From an uncultured Candidatus Saccharibacteria bacterium (GTDB lineage Bacteria > Patescibacteriota > Minisyncoccia > Phycocordibacterales > UBA9973): a stretch of 64,000 nucleotides of DNA. The translations under genes were made by a program, and so were the position numbers. The stretch spans positions 408 through 64,407 of the forward strand of contig CAYYNN010000001.1 in NCBI GenBank assembly GCA_964473175.1. Reading direction: 5' to 3'. Of this stretch, positions 19,701 to 27,710 are shown piece by piece. The notes under the pieces are model-generated. The model had not been told where the DNA came from, ran no database searches, and saw only the letters and a program-made list of their open reading frames with translations. Every line of letters starts with the position of its first letter. Position 1 is the first letter of the stretch.

Positions 19701-20345
19701 ATGTATGATATACATATGCGCCTTATGAATTCAAAACTTTCATTTAAGCTGTTATCAAAAAGAACAGCGCCATCTGACCTACCCAAGAAAACCGGTAGTA
19801 TTACAAAAAGCACTGCCTCAAAAAAAGGAACTGATAAACCGGTGGATAATAACCGACGCCTTTTTTTAAAAATCGCTGGTGTGGCAGGGCTTGGGGTAGC
19901 TGCATCTGCGCTTTTCCCTAAACAAGCAAACGCATATGTTGCCGGAAGCACACCGACGTCCAATGTTGTGGGTGTAAAGAATGCTGCTAATAGTCGTATC
20001 AACCCTGCAACTGAAGAAACACTTGCAACGATTATTGCTGGTCAAAATGTTAAAAAATTATCGATAAATCTTGCAGCTTCAGGTGTAGTGCGAACACCTG
20101 ATACCGGCAAGAAAATTCGAGTCTATGCATCCAGATTTTCTTTGACCTCAGACGCAACGTCTGTATCATTTCGATTTACTGCAGTAGGTACTGATCATGA
20201 AAAATACGTTTCGCCCAAGACAGGAGGTCTCTATGGGGCAAACAATCACCCCAACTATATCGAAGGGGGAGTTGATGATGTGTTATACTGTGTTATCAAT
20301 GGTACTACGACAGTTCAAATTAATATCGATTATTTAGAAATTTAA
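19701..20345 (+). CDS. Tat-signal (twin-arginine) secreted protein of unknown function
   Basis: NRRLFLKIAGVAGLGVAASALF is a canonical S/T-RRxFLK motif plus h-region, with an AxA site (ANAYV). It follows an unusually long Lys/Ser/Thr-rich n-region. The start may be the Met at 19716. Confidence 0.5.
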   Translation: MYDIHMRLMNSKLSFKLLSKRTAPSDLPKKTGSITKSTASKKGTDKPVDNNRRLFLKIAGVAGLGVAASALFPKQANAYVAGSTPTSNVVGVKNAANSRINPATEETLATIIAGQNVKKLSINLAASGVVRTPDTGKKIRVYASRFSLTSDATSVSFRFTAVGTDHEKYVSPKTGGLYGANNHPNYIEGGVDDVLYCVINGTTTVQINIDYLEI

Positions 20346-20354
20346 TTTTACATT

Positions 20355-22487
20355 ATGGCATTAAGAGCAGTTGAACATATCTTTACCGGAACTACTACGC
20401 CATATACGTCGTATGATTCTACAAAGACAAACCTCGGAGTACTGATTCAACAACGGACAGGTGCTAGTGCAACTGACAAATTTGCTGGACCAATGCCTAT
20501 TGCACTGGCTCGACCTATGGAAGCGAGTACTGCTATTACTGTCGCGTATCCCCATGTTATTGCATATAGCCCAGATGTTCATTGGGTGTTCCTGGCAGAA
20601 AACTCGACGGCTGCAGCAACTCGAAGAATAATTAAATACACGTATACAATATCTACAGGGGTGTTTAACTGGGATGGATTTATTACGCTCACTTTTCCTG
20701 CAGCGACAGTTGGTCACACAGTGCGAGGGTTCCGCATGACAAGAGATCTATACACTACTGGTGCTGCATCAGTAAGCGGAACTGCTGTAACCGGGTCAGG
20801 TACTGACTGGGCTACCTCTGGTCTTGCAGTGGGCTCGAGAATAGGTTTCGGTACTAGTGATCCTACTGCGGTAACGACATGGTATGAGATAAGTGCCGTC
20901 AATTCAAATACATCTATTACCCTTACTACTTCAGCAGGCACAGTGAGCAGTGGAGCATATGTTATTGAAGAGTTGCGAGCAATAGTTTCTACTTCTAACA
21001 CCACTACTACCAACGGAGGATTGTTTATTGCAAAAGGGCTTCGAGAAATTATTTTTTCTACTGCAGGTACAACAATCCCTGCAGCAACCACTGTTGATAA
21101 TATTCGTGCAGTATACTGGTGCGCTGATGCAAGTACTGTAACAAATACTATTGCTTGCGGAGTAGCTCTTGGTGCAAAAGATTCGTGGACACAACAATAT
21201 GCATATGTGATTGATGGTACTGCTGGTACCAACAGAGTGTACAAATATAACCTTCGCGCAGCACTTACTTCGATAGTTTCAGGAAAAACAACTTCCTCAT
21301 TTGTCCTTGTTACTGGTGCTCAAACACCTACAGGAACAGTCTCTCAGGCAAATAATGGGCGAGTGGGGACACTGGCGCACGGTCCAGGATCTGGAATAGA
21401 GTCTCTGTATTATGTAACAACAACTCGTGTGTATCGCGCATCGTTATCAAGTATCACATCGGGTAACATTGCATGGCAAAGTGATGCAATGCAAGAAATA
21501 CCACCTGGAGGTACATCAACATACCCTATAACTAGTGCATTAAACTCAGTCGAAATATCAGACGCTACTGACAGGCTGATAGTGATGAGTAGCGGTACTG
21601 CTGGTGCTCGTAGCTATGTAACACAATACAATACCGTAGGTAATCCATTCGACCACATTTTTCTTATCGATGACAAACAATATGATCAAAGTTCAACAGA
21701 TGCAGGTGCTGTGGCACATCCTGCTATATCCGCGCTACCTTTTTCTGTTTGGTCTGAGGCAGGCATATGTTACATGTGCAGAATTAGCACTGTAGCAACA
21801 ACCAATCAGCTCTACGCAGTACCACTTGGTGCTCATTGGACATACGCAGCATCAACTCCACAACAAAGACTCATTACACCTTCACTGAGTACAGTGAATG
21901 CTGTTACGTTTTCTCGAGTGTATATTAACTCATTAAACCAGCTTGGTTCTGGTACTTTGGGTCTTCCCCCCGAACCTTTCAGGCTTTTTTACCGAACATC
22001 TGGCATAGTCGACAATAGTGGAACATGGAACGCACTAGACGATGGAAGTGTTCTAAATGGAATAGCCCCTACTTCAGAAATACAGTTTATGTTTGAGTTC
22101 AAAATTTTGGGCGGGTCGTGTATTCCTTGTCGTATATATAGTCTGTCTCTAACATATCAAGACAATACTACTGATTCGCACTATCAACCGTCTGTAGGAA
22201 ATTCTTCAATCACCAGCAAGGTATTTTCATGGAGATTCTCGACAGCATTCGGAGGAACTGTTCCTACGTTGAAAATACAATTGTTCGACGCTGTTACTGG
22301 AGGGTCTTTGTTGAATGATACGACTACTGCGAGCGCTGCTGGAACATGGGAAAAATCTGTTGACGGTGGATCTATATGGTCTACATATAACACGTCTGAT
22401 AAAGCAAATGATCTGACCTATATTCGATATACACCAACAAGCCTCGCTGACAATATAAAGGTACGAGCATTGTTAACACAAAACTAA
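20355..22487 (+). CDS. large Ser/Thr/Gly-rich hypothetical protein (710 aa), no signal peptide
   Basis: Long ORF with strong coding character. Three Cys pairs (C-x13-C, CYMC, CIPC). No recognisable domain. Confidence 0.5.
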   Translation: MALRAVEHIFTGTTTPYTSYDSTKTNLGVLIQQRTGASATDKFAGPMPIALARPMEASTAITVAYPHVIAYSPDVHWVFLAENSTAAATRRIIKYTYTISTGVFNWDGFITLTFPAATVGHTVRGFRMTRDLYTTGAASVSGTAVTGSGTDWATSGLAVGSRIGFGTSDPTAVTTWYEISAVNSNTSITLTTSAGTVSSGAYVIEELRAIVSTSNTTTTNGGLFIAKGLREIIFSTAGTTIPAATTVDNIRAVYWCADASTVTNTIACGVALGAKDSWTQQYAYVIDGTAGTNRVYKYNLRAALTSIVSGKTTSSFVLVTGAQTPTGTVSQANNGRVGTLAHGPGSGIESLYYVTTTRVYRASLSSITSGNIAWQSDAMQEIPPGGTSTYPITSALNSVEISDATDRLIVMSSGTAGARSYVTQYNTVGNPFDHIFLIDDKQYDQSSTDAGAVAHPAISALPFSVWSEAGICYMCRISTVATTNQLYAVPLGAHWTYAASTPQQRLITPSLSTVNAVTFSRVYINSLNQLGSGTLGLPPEPFRLFYRTSGIVDNSGTWNALDDGSVLNGIAPTSEIQFMFEFKILGGSCIPCRIYSLSLTYQDNTTDSHYQPSVGNSSITSKVFSWRFSTAFGGTVPTLKIQLFDAVTGGSLLNDTTTASAAGTWEKSVDGGSIWSTYNTSDKANDLTYIRYTPTSLADNIKVRALLTQN

Positions 22488-22488
22488 T

Positions 22489-23040
22489 ATGATTCATATT
22501 GAAACAGAGCAGTATTTAGTAGACTCCACAAATCTCAAGGTCTCATCACCAACAGGTGATTACGAAGATCAGGATCTTATAGAGTGCGTGGATAGAGAAA
22601 ACTCAGTAACATCAGTGATTGCATATCAAGCACAGTACGTAAAATACGGTGGAATGGTGTACTCATTTGGAAGTTCTAAAGAATTGGGAGTTGAGATTTT
22701 GAAGGTTGATCCTCAGTCTACGCACGCGGCAGCTTCGTATGTCAGAATGATAGAAGAACTAGATACACAAATGAATCAAGGTGAGTTGGAGCCGAGTTCA
22801 CTAAAGAATGTTTTGTCAGATGAACAAGAAGTGATGGAAGAAAAAAGAGCTGAACCAGAAATTCAAGAAACTCCACAAATAAAAGAAGAGGTACTAGAGG
22901 ACACACCCGTAGAAGAAGTTGTTGTGCCTGAGATTATTCCGTCAGATACACTACTAGAAAATCCTGAGCCGGTACTCACTACAGAAGAAACCCTTTCAGT
23001 AGTAACAAATAAAAAGAGGAGACCCAGGAGATTAGGATAA
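22489..23040 (+). CDS. hypothetical acidic protein (183 aa, Glu/Pro-rich C-terminal tail ending KKRRPRRLG)
   Basis: ORF immediately after the 710-aa gene (1-nt gap). Confidence 0.45.
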   Translation: MIHIETEQYLVDSTNLKVSSPTGDYEDQDLIECVDRENSVTSVIAYQAQYVKYGGMVYSFGSSKELGVEILKVDPQSTHAAASYVRMIEELDTQMNQGELEPSSLKNVLSDEQEVMEEKRAEPEIQETPQIKEEVLEDTPVEEVVVPEIIPSDTLLENPEPVLTTEETLSVVTNKKRRPRRLG

Positions 23041-23043
23041 AAT

Positions 23044-23220
23044 ATGGCACTGACTGATATCAATTTTCAAGAAGGGGAAGGGCAGGATTTCATTACTGAA
23101 TTCCCGTCTGTTGGGTATGTTGGTGCAATGAGTGATATTGTTGTTGAATCAAATGGGTCTCAGTATCCAGTACTAGAGATTCCTGCAGGAGGAGGAAATA
23201 TTTTTATCATGTCAGAGTAA
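23044..23220 (+). CDS. small hypothetical protein (58 aa)
   Basis: ORF between the acidic protein and tatC. Not in the ORF track because it is under 60 aa. Confidence 0.25.
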   Translation: MALTDINFQEGEGQDFITEFPSVGYVGAMSDIVVESNGSQYPVLEIPAGGGNIFIMSE

Positions 23221-23226
23221 TCGCAC

Positions 23227-23955
23227 ATGAACTCTTTTCAGAAAACGATCAAAAAATACGCCGCATATTTTGAAGAATTGCGTCGCAGGTTGGTATTTGT
23301 CGTCAAGGTATTTGCGGTAGTTTTTGTTCTTGCTTTTGTTGGTACTCGACCTATTATTAAATTACTGCTTTCCTACGTGAGTATAGAGGGAGTAACAGTG
23401 GTGACGACCTCACCATTTCAACTTGTTGAACTCGCGATGAGTATTGGTTTTTTTGTAGCGTGTGTGGTGGTAGTACCACTGTGTATTTATTATCTGTATG
23501 TTTTTTTGAAGCCAGCACTTCTTTTAAAGGAACGCAAACTTTTTCTATTGTCGCTTCCACTAGGACTAGTGCTGTTTGTGGTAGGGTTTATGTATAGTTC
23601 AGTTATGCTCTACAACGCCATCCGCATTATTGCGGTACTGAACGTGCACCTCGGCGTTGCCAATTATTGGGATATTAGTACCTTTATGTATCAAATTATC
23701 TTGACATCAACCTTGCTCGGACTGCTATTCTTATTTCCTGTCGTTATTACATTCCTTGTTCGACTTGGTGTTACAAGCGTCGCATTTTTGCGTTCGAAAA
23801 GACGACATGCCATTGTAATTATATTCATCATTGTTGCTTTACTTCCCCCAACTGATGGTCTATCATTAGTGTTAATGGCAGTACCGTTAGTGCTGATTTT
23901 TGAACTTACGGTTTTGTTCAATAGAAGAAAAGTAACATCGATAATAGTAACCTAA
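23227..23955 (+). CDS. tatC: Sec-independent protein translocase TatC
   Basis: Six-TM topology with the conserved TatC N-terminal motif (FEELRRRL.....F). Confidence 0.85.
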   Translation: MNSFQKTIKKYAAYFEELRRRLVFVVKVFAVVFVLAFVGTRPIIKLLLSYVSIEGVTVVTTSPFQLVELAMSIGFFVACVVVVPLCIYYLYVFLKPALLLKERKLFLLSLPLGLVLFVVGFMYSSVMLYNAIRIIAVLNVHLGVANYWDISTFMYQIILTSTLLGLLFLFPVVITFLVRLGVTSVAFLRSKRRHAIVIIFIIVALLPPTDGLSLVLMAVPLVLIFELTVLFNRRKVTSIIVT

Positions 23956-23970
23956 TAATAGTATCGCACC

Positions 23971-24123
23971 ATGTTTGGACTCGGAACAAAAGAAATCATC
24001 ATTATCGCAGTCGTCATTGTGTTGTTGTTTGGATCAAAAAAGATACCTGAATTAACAAAATCAATTGCTGATGCAGTCAAACATCTTCTCGGTGCATTCA
24101 AAGACGCAGACCCTAAAAAATAA
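23971..24123 (+). CDS. tatA: Tat translocase TatA/E family protein (50 aa); not in the ORF track
   Basis: MFGLGTKEIIIIAVVIVLLFGSKKIPEL: TM helix, then the FG hinge and an amphipathic helix. Confidence 0.85.
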   Translation: MFGLGTKEIIIIAVVIVLLFGSKKIPELTKSIADAVKHLLGAFKDADPKK

Positions 24124-24163
24124 AGGACGCTTCAGTATTTTTATTATTTAATATATTAATCCC

Positions 24164-24322
24164 ATGTTTGGACTCGGAACAAAAGAAATCATCATTATCG
24201 CAGTCATCGTAGTTCTTCTATTTGGATCTAAGAAAATTCCAGAACTCGCTAAAAATCTTGTCGAAGCGTTCAAAAACTTAACTGGTGCATTTAAGTCTTC
24301 AGAAAATAAAAAAAATAAGTAG
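24164..24322 (+). CDS. tatA: second TatA/E paralog (52 aa); not in the ORF track
   Basis: MFGLGTKEIIIIAVIVVLLFGSKKIPEL. The 5' ~45 nt are near-identical to the first tatA, while the C-terminus differs. Confidence 0.85.
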   Translation: MFGLGTKEIIIIAVIVVLLFGSKKIPELAKNLVEAFKNLTGAFKSSENKKNK

Positions 24323-24381
24323 TGATTCGATATCGAGCATTACTACCGTTCGTATCTTTTGATTCTTTTTAAATATTATTT

Positions 24382-26814
24382 GTGACAACTTCATCTCTGA
24401 AAAAAAATACACTCTTGTGCGTGCTCTACGCAGGTATAGTTTTTTCTGTTGGGTTTTTTGTGTACACCACTGCGTTCGCCATTGATGTACATATGCCGGG
24501 TGAATCCATAACAATCGGAGAGTTTATATATAACGACGATTACTCGCCAACCACTGACGATTGTACGATATCCATATATTCACCAGCAGGAGCAACGCTT
24601 GTCAACGAAGCAACAATGACGGACGATAGTACTGGCTGGCATTACTATCCATACACGACACCAGTCACCGAAGGAAGTTACCCTGCGTTTATTACTTGCG
24701 GGGCTACTTTGACTGGAGACTTAATGAAGCTCGACAAGTCGTTTGTGGTAAAGGTCTCTAGTCTCGATACTGATGCAATCGCATCAGCTGTTTGGGCAAG
24801 TCCCTCTCGCAGTCTGACTTCATTTGGTTCACTTGTTTCAGATATTTGGAGCAACAGCTCGCGAACACTTTCAGCGTTCGGCTCTCTGGCTGCGGATATT
24901 TGGGATAACTCATTTGCGGTCAACAGACAGTTGACGACAAAAGATATCGCGGGCGGCGGGTCACTTGCAACCGAAAGTTATATCGATGCATCTCAGGCTA
25001 CTATTGTGGGTGAAATCGAAACAAACCGTACACTCATCAATGCGCTCAATAACATTTCAGCTGCCGACGTGTGGGCGTATGGAACACGGTCTACTAATGC
25101 GGGTAGTGTGAGTATCGATAGTAACTCTATTGCTGCTGTGTGGCAATCTGCTGCTTCTGGTTTAAATACGACAGGAAGTATTGGGAAGCTCATCGTCGAC
25201 AACCTCGATGCACAAGTGTCCAGTCGAGGGACAAGTACACTCACTGCAGGAGATGTATGGGCATCAACAACACGCACACTTTCAACCACTGGAGTTGATG
25301 CACTTTCAAGTGGAGTATGGTCAGCAGCAAGTAGGACACTCTCAAACTATGGTAACGACATCACCGCAGCAGATGTCTGGAACACATTGTCCTCATCACT
25401 GACAACGGTTGGTTCTATTGGAGAGCAACTTGCAAACAATGTTGATATAAAAAATTCAGATATTTTGACGGAAGTACAAGCTAACGCAACACTCATCAAT
25501 GCGCTCAATAATATTTCAGCTGCCGACGTGTGGGCGTATGGAACACGATCGGTAACTACTGATGTCACCATTTCAAATGCTTCATTACAGGCGCTATGGA
25601 ACACTGCAACAGTTGACCTCGCTACTACCGGGTCTGTCGGTAAGCTTATCGTTGATAACCTCAATGCCCAAGTGTCCAGTCGAGGGACGAGTAATCTTAC
25701 CGCCGCTGATGTATGGGCATCGGCAACGCGTACATTGACTGATTATTCTGATTCGACCATAGCAGCTGCGGTGTGGGCAAATGCAACGCGCACACTTTCA
25801 AATTACGGTAACGATATCACCGCAGCAGATGTGTGGAACACGCTATCTTCATCACTGACAACGGTTGGTTCTATTGGAGAGCAACTTGTAACAAATATTG
25901 ACGCCACTATATCGTCAAGAGCTTCTATGAGTGTAGGGGATTCATGGTCTGTAAAAATGGGAAATGTTGATCGTGTACAAACAGGTCAAGTCTACCGTAC
26001 CAAAGTATTTGTGTTAAACAATAGCGCACCTTCTGCACCATATGCGACACCCACCGTAACGCTCTATGATCCACAGCGCAACATATCAGTATCGGCAGTG
26101 TCGATGTCACTCATTAGTACTGGTGTGTATGAATACACATATACAGTCTCACCAAGTGCTGCCCAGGGACTTTGGGAAACCATCGCATCTACAGAAGTTG
26201 AAAGTGGTAAAACTGTACAGACCAATGATTACTGGGAAGTAGCAGGTTCTCCAGCTCAGGTCCTTATAAACTCAGTGAGTGCGACAGACCCTTCTACAAT
26301 ATTGGGTAATGTCACTGTAACTAACGAAGGTCTTACTGGATATGAGTATGACTATGAATGGTGTGTTGTCAGTGATCAGTCTAATGTGTGTGGAGGCAAC
26401 GATGACCTGTTCTATGCGTCTGCTGCAAAATTTATCAATCCTGGTGAAACCTGGAACACAACACTCTCAGCGGCGGTTACCTCTGCTGGCACCTATTACT
26501 TCAAACTCGTCGTTCACTTTGGTACCGATAATTCATCCGCATCGCGCGTGTTTACTGTAATAGGATCAACTCCTCCTGGAGGCGGAGGCGGTGGAGGAGG
26601 TACACCTCCACCAAATCAAGATACCTGTAACGGTGCTGATTTTAACAAAAATAGCGTAGTAGATTCGACTGATTTCTCTATCATGCTGTATTTCTGGAAG
26701 ACAGCATTTCCTTTCAAGAATCCATGCGTAGATATCAACGGAGATAAGAATGTAAATTCAATAGATTTCTCTATCATGCTTTTCCAGTGGGGTAAAAGGC
26801 CGTTATCAACATGA
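24382..26814 (+). CDS. large secreted repeat protein (810 aa) with C-terminal type I dockerin module; GTG start
   Basis: Signal peptide. Short repeats (SRxLSxFGSLxxDIW). Two ~150-aa tandem repeats. A Gly8 linker. The C-terminus has duplicated Ca-binding dockerin segments (DFNKNSVVDSTDFSIML and DINGDKNVNSIDFSIML). Confidence 0.7.
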   Translation: MTTSSLKKNTLLCVLYAGIVFSVGFFVYTTAFAIDVHMPGESITIGEFIYNDDYSPTTDDCTISIYSPAGATLVNEATMTDDSTGWHYYPYTTPVTEGSYPAFITCGATLTGDLMKLDKSFVVKVSSLDTDAIASAVWASPSRSLTSFGSLVSDIWSNSSRTLSAFGSLAADIWDNSFAVNRQLTTKDIAGGGSLATESYIDASQATIVGEIETNRTLINALNNISAADVWAYGTRSTNAGSVSIDSNSIAAVWQSAASGLNTTGSIGKLIVDNLDAQVSSRGTSTLTAGDVWASTTRTLSTTGVDALSSGVWSAASRTLSNYGNDITAADVWNTLSSSLTTVGSIGEQLANNVDIKNSDILTEVQANATLINALNNISAADVWAYGTRSVTTDVTISNASLQALWNTATVDLATTGSVGKLIVDNLNAQVSSRGTSNLTAADVWASATRTLTDYSDSTIAAAVWANATRTLSNYGNDITAADVWNTLSSSLTTVGSIGEQLVTNIDATISSRASMSVGDSWSVKMGNVDRVQTGQVYRTKVFVLNNSAPSAPYATPTVTLYDPQRNISVSAVSMSLISTGVYEYTYTVSPSAAQGLWETIASTEVESGKTVQTNDYWEVAGSPAQVLINSVSATDPSTILGNVTVTNEGLTGYEYDYEWCVVSDQSNVCGGNDDLFYASAAKFINPGETWNTTLSAAVTSAGTYYFKLVVHFGTDNSSASRVFTVIGSTPPGGGGGGGGTPPPNQDTCNGADFNKNSVVDSTDFSIMLYFWKTAFPFKNPCVDINGDKNVNSIDFSIMLFQWGKRPLST
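25031..25890 (+). repeat. intragenic tandem duplication, period ~460 nt, two copies with near-identical ends and a diverged centre
   Basis: A ~55-nt run at 25031-25087 recurs at 25491-25547 with one C/T difference inside acactcatcaatgcgctcaataa[c/t]atttcagctgccgacgtgtgggcgtatggaacacg. A ~90-nt block at 25341-25430 recurs at 25799-25890 at about 90% identity. Confidence 0.8.
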
Positions 26815-27710
26815 GATATTTAATGACACATATGACCTCTACAAAATACATCACATTATTTTTTATACTTACATTTTTTCTCTGTATTCCAGCGCAGAGT
26901 ATGGCAGCAACTATTCGAGCATCGAGCTCTACGGCACTCTCAGCAGGAGATACTGCTATCATCTCGGTATTTCTTGATACTGAAGGTGAAACCATCAACT
27001 CTATTGATGGCGCGGTGTTGCTGACAGACACTCATGGCGGGAACTTCACTATCAAAGATATCAGCGTGAGTAACTCAGTCTTTACCTTGTGGCCACGTAA
27101 ACCTTCTCTAGGAGAAGGCCACCGCATATCATTGATTGGCGGTATTCCCGGAGGAATAACAGGGGACTCACTCTTGCTTTTTAAAGCTATTGTTACCATC
27201 AACGAAGCTGGTACCTTTTCTATACGACCAGACACACTCGTAGCGTATCTTAATGACGGGCTAGGTACTACGCGGACAATCACCAAAGACACAAGTACTA
27301 TCACCGTAGGTCAGCGACGAGCAGCAACAAAGGATAACTGGCAAGAAATCATTTCAAACGACAACGTAGCTCCAGAAACGTTTGGTATCACCTTGGTACA
27401 AGACACTAATCTTTATGAAGGCAAAAAATTTCTTTCTTTTGAAACAACTGATACTGCTTCAGGAATTAGTTATTACACCGTAAAAGAAGGAGCATACCCG
27501 AGTGTTCGTACAGGGAATAGTTATATACTTATCGATCAAAATATACCTGAGGATGTTGTGGTGACCGCATATGATAAGGCGGGTAATTTCCAGGTATCGG
27601 TTTTCAAAAATAAGACACCAATACAGTGGGGTACCGTAGGCGTAGCACTTCTTGGGATAAGCGGTATCTATATCATCTACAAGAGATCTTGTAAAAAAAC
27701 AAATGCATAA
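26811..27710 (+). CDS. membrane-anchored surface protein with N-terminal cohesin-like domain
   Basis: Signal peptide. Cohesin-like beta-sandwich pattern (TAIISVFLDTEGETINSIDGAVLL ... LLLFKAIVTINEAGTFSI). C-terminal TM plus KRSCKK anchor. Confidence 0.55.
   Translation: MRYLMTHMTSTKYITLFFILTFFLCIPAQSMAATIRASSSTALSAGDTAIISVFLDTEGETINSIDGAVLLTDTHGGNFTIKDISVSNSVFTLWPRKPSLGEGHRISLIGGIPGGITGDSLLLFKAIVTINEAGTFSIRPDTLVAYLNDGLGTTRTITKDTSTITVGQRRAATKDNWQEIISNDNVAPETFGITLVQDTNLYEGKKFLSFETTDTASGISYYTVKEGAYPSVRTGNSYILIDQNIPEDVVVTAYDKAGNFQVSVFKNKTPIQWGTVGVALLGISGIYIIYKRSCKKTNA

Noticed and set aside
24700-26000. Near-identical repeats in the dockerin-protein gene considered as a DGR template/variable repeat pair
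   Set aside because: No reverse transcriptase gene is present anywhere in the window. The differences between copies are not adenine-specific, and the repeats are in-frame tandem protein repeats rather than a non-coding TR plus a C-terminal VR.
26578-26600. Purine-rich ggaggcggaggcggtggaggagg tract
   Set aside because: It is in-frame coding for the Gly8 linker (PPGGGGGGGGTPPP) before the dockerin module. It is not a regulatory G-tract or a simple sequence repeat element.
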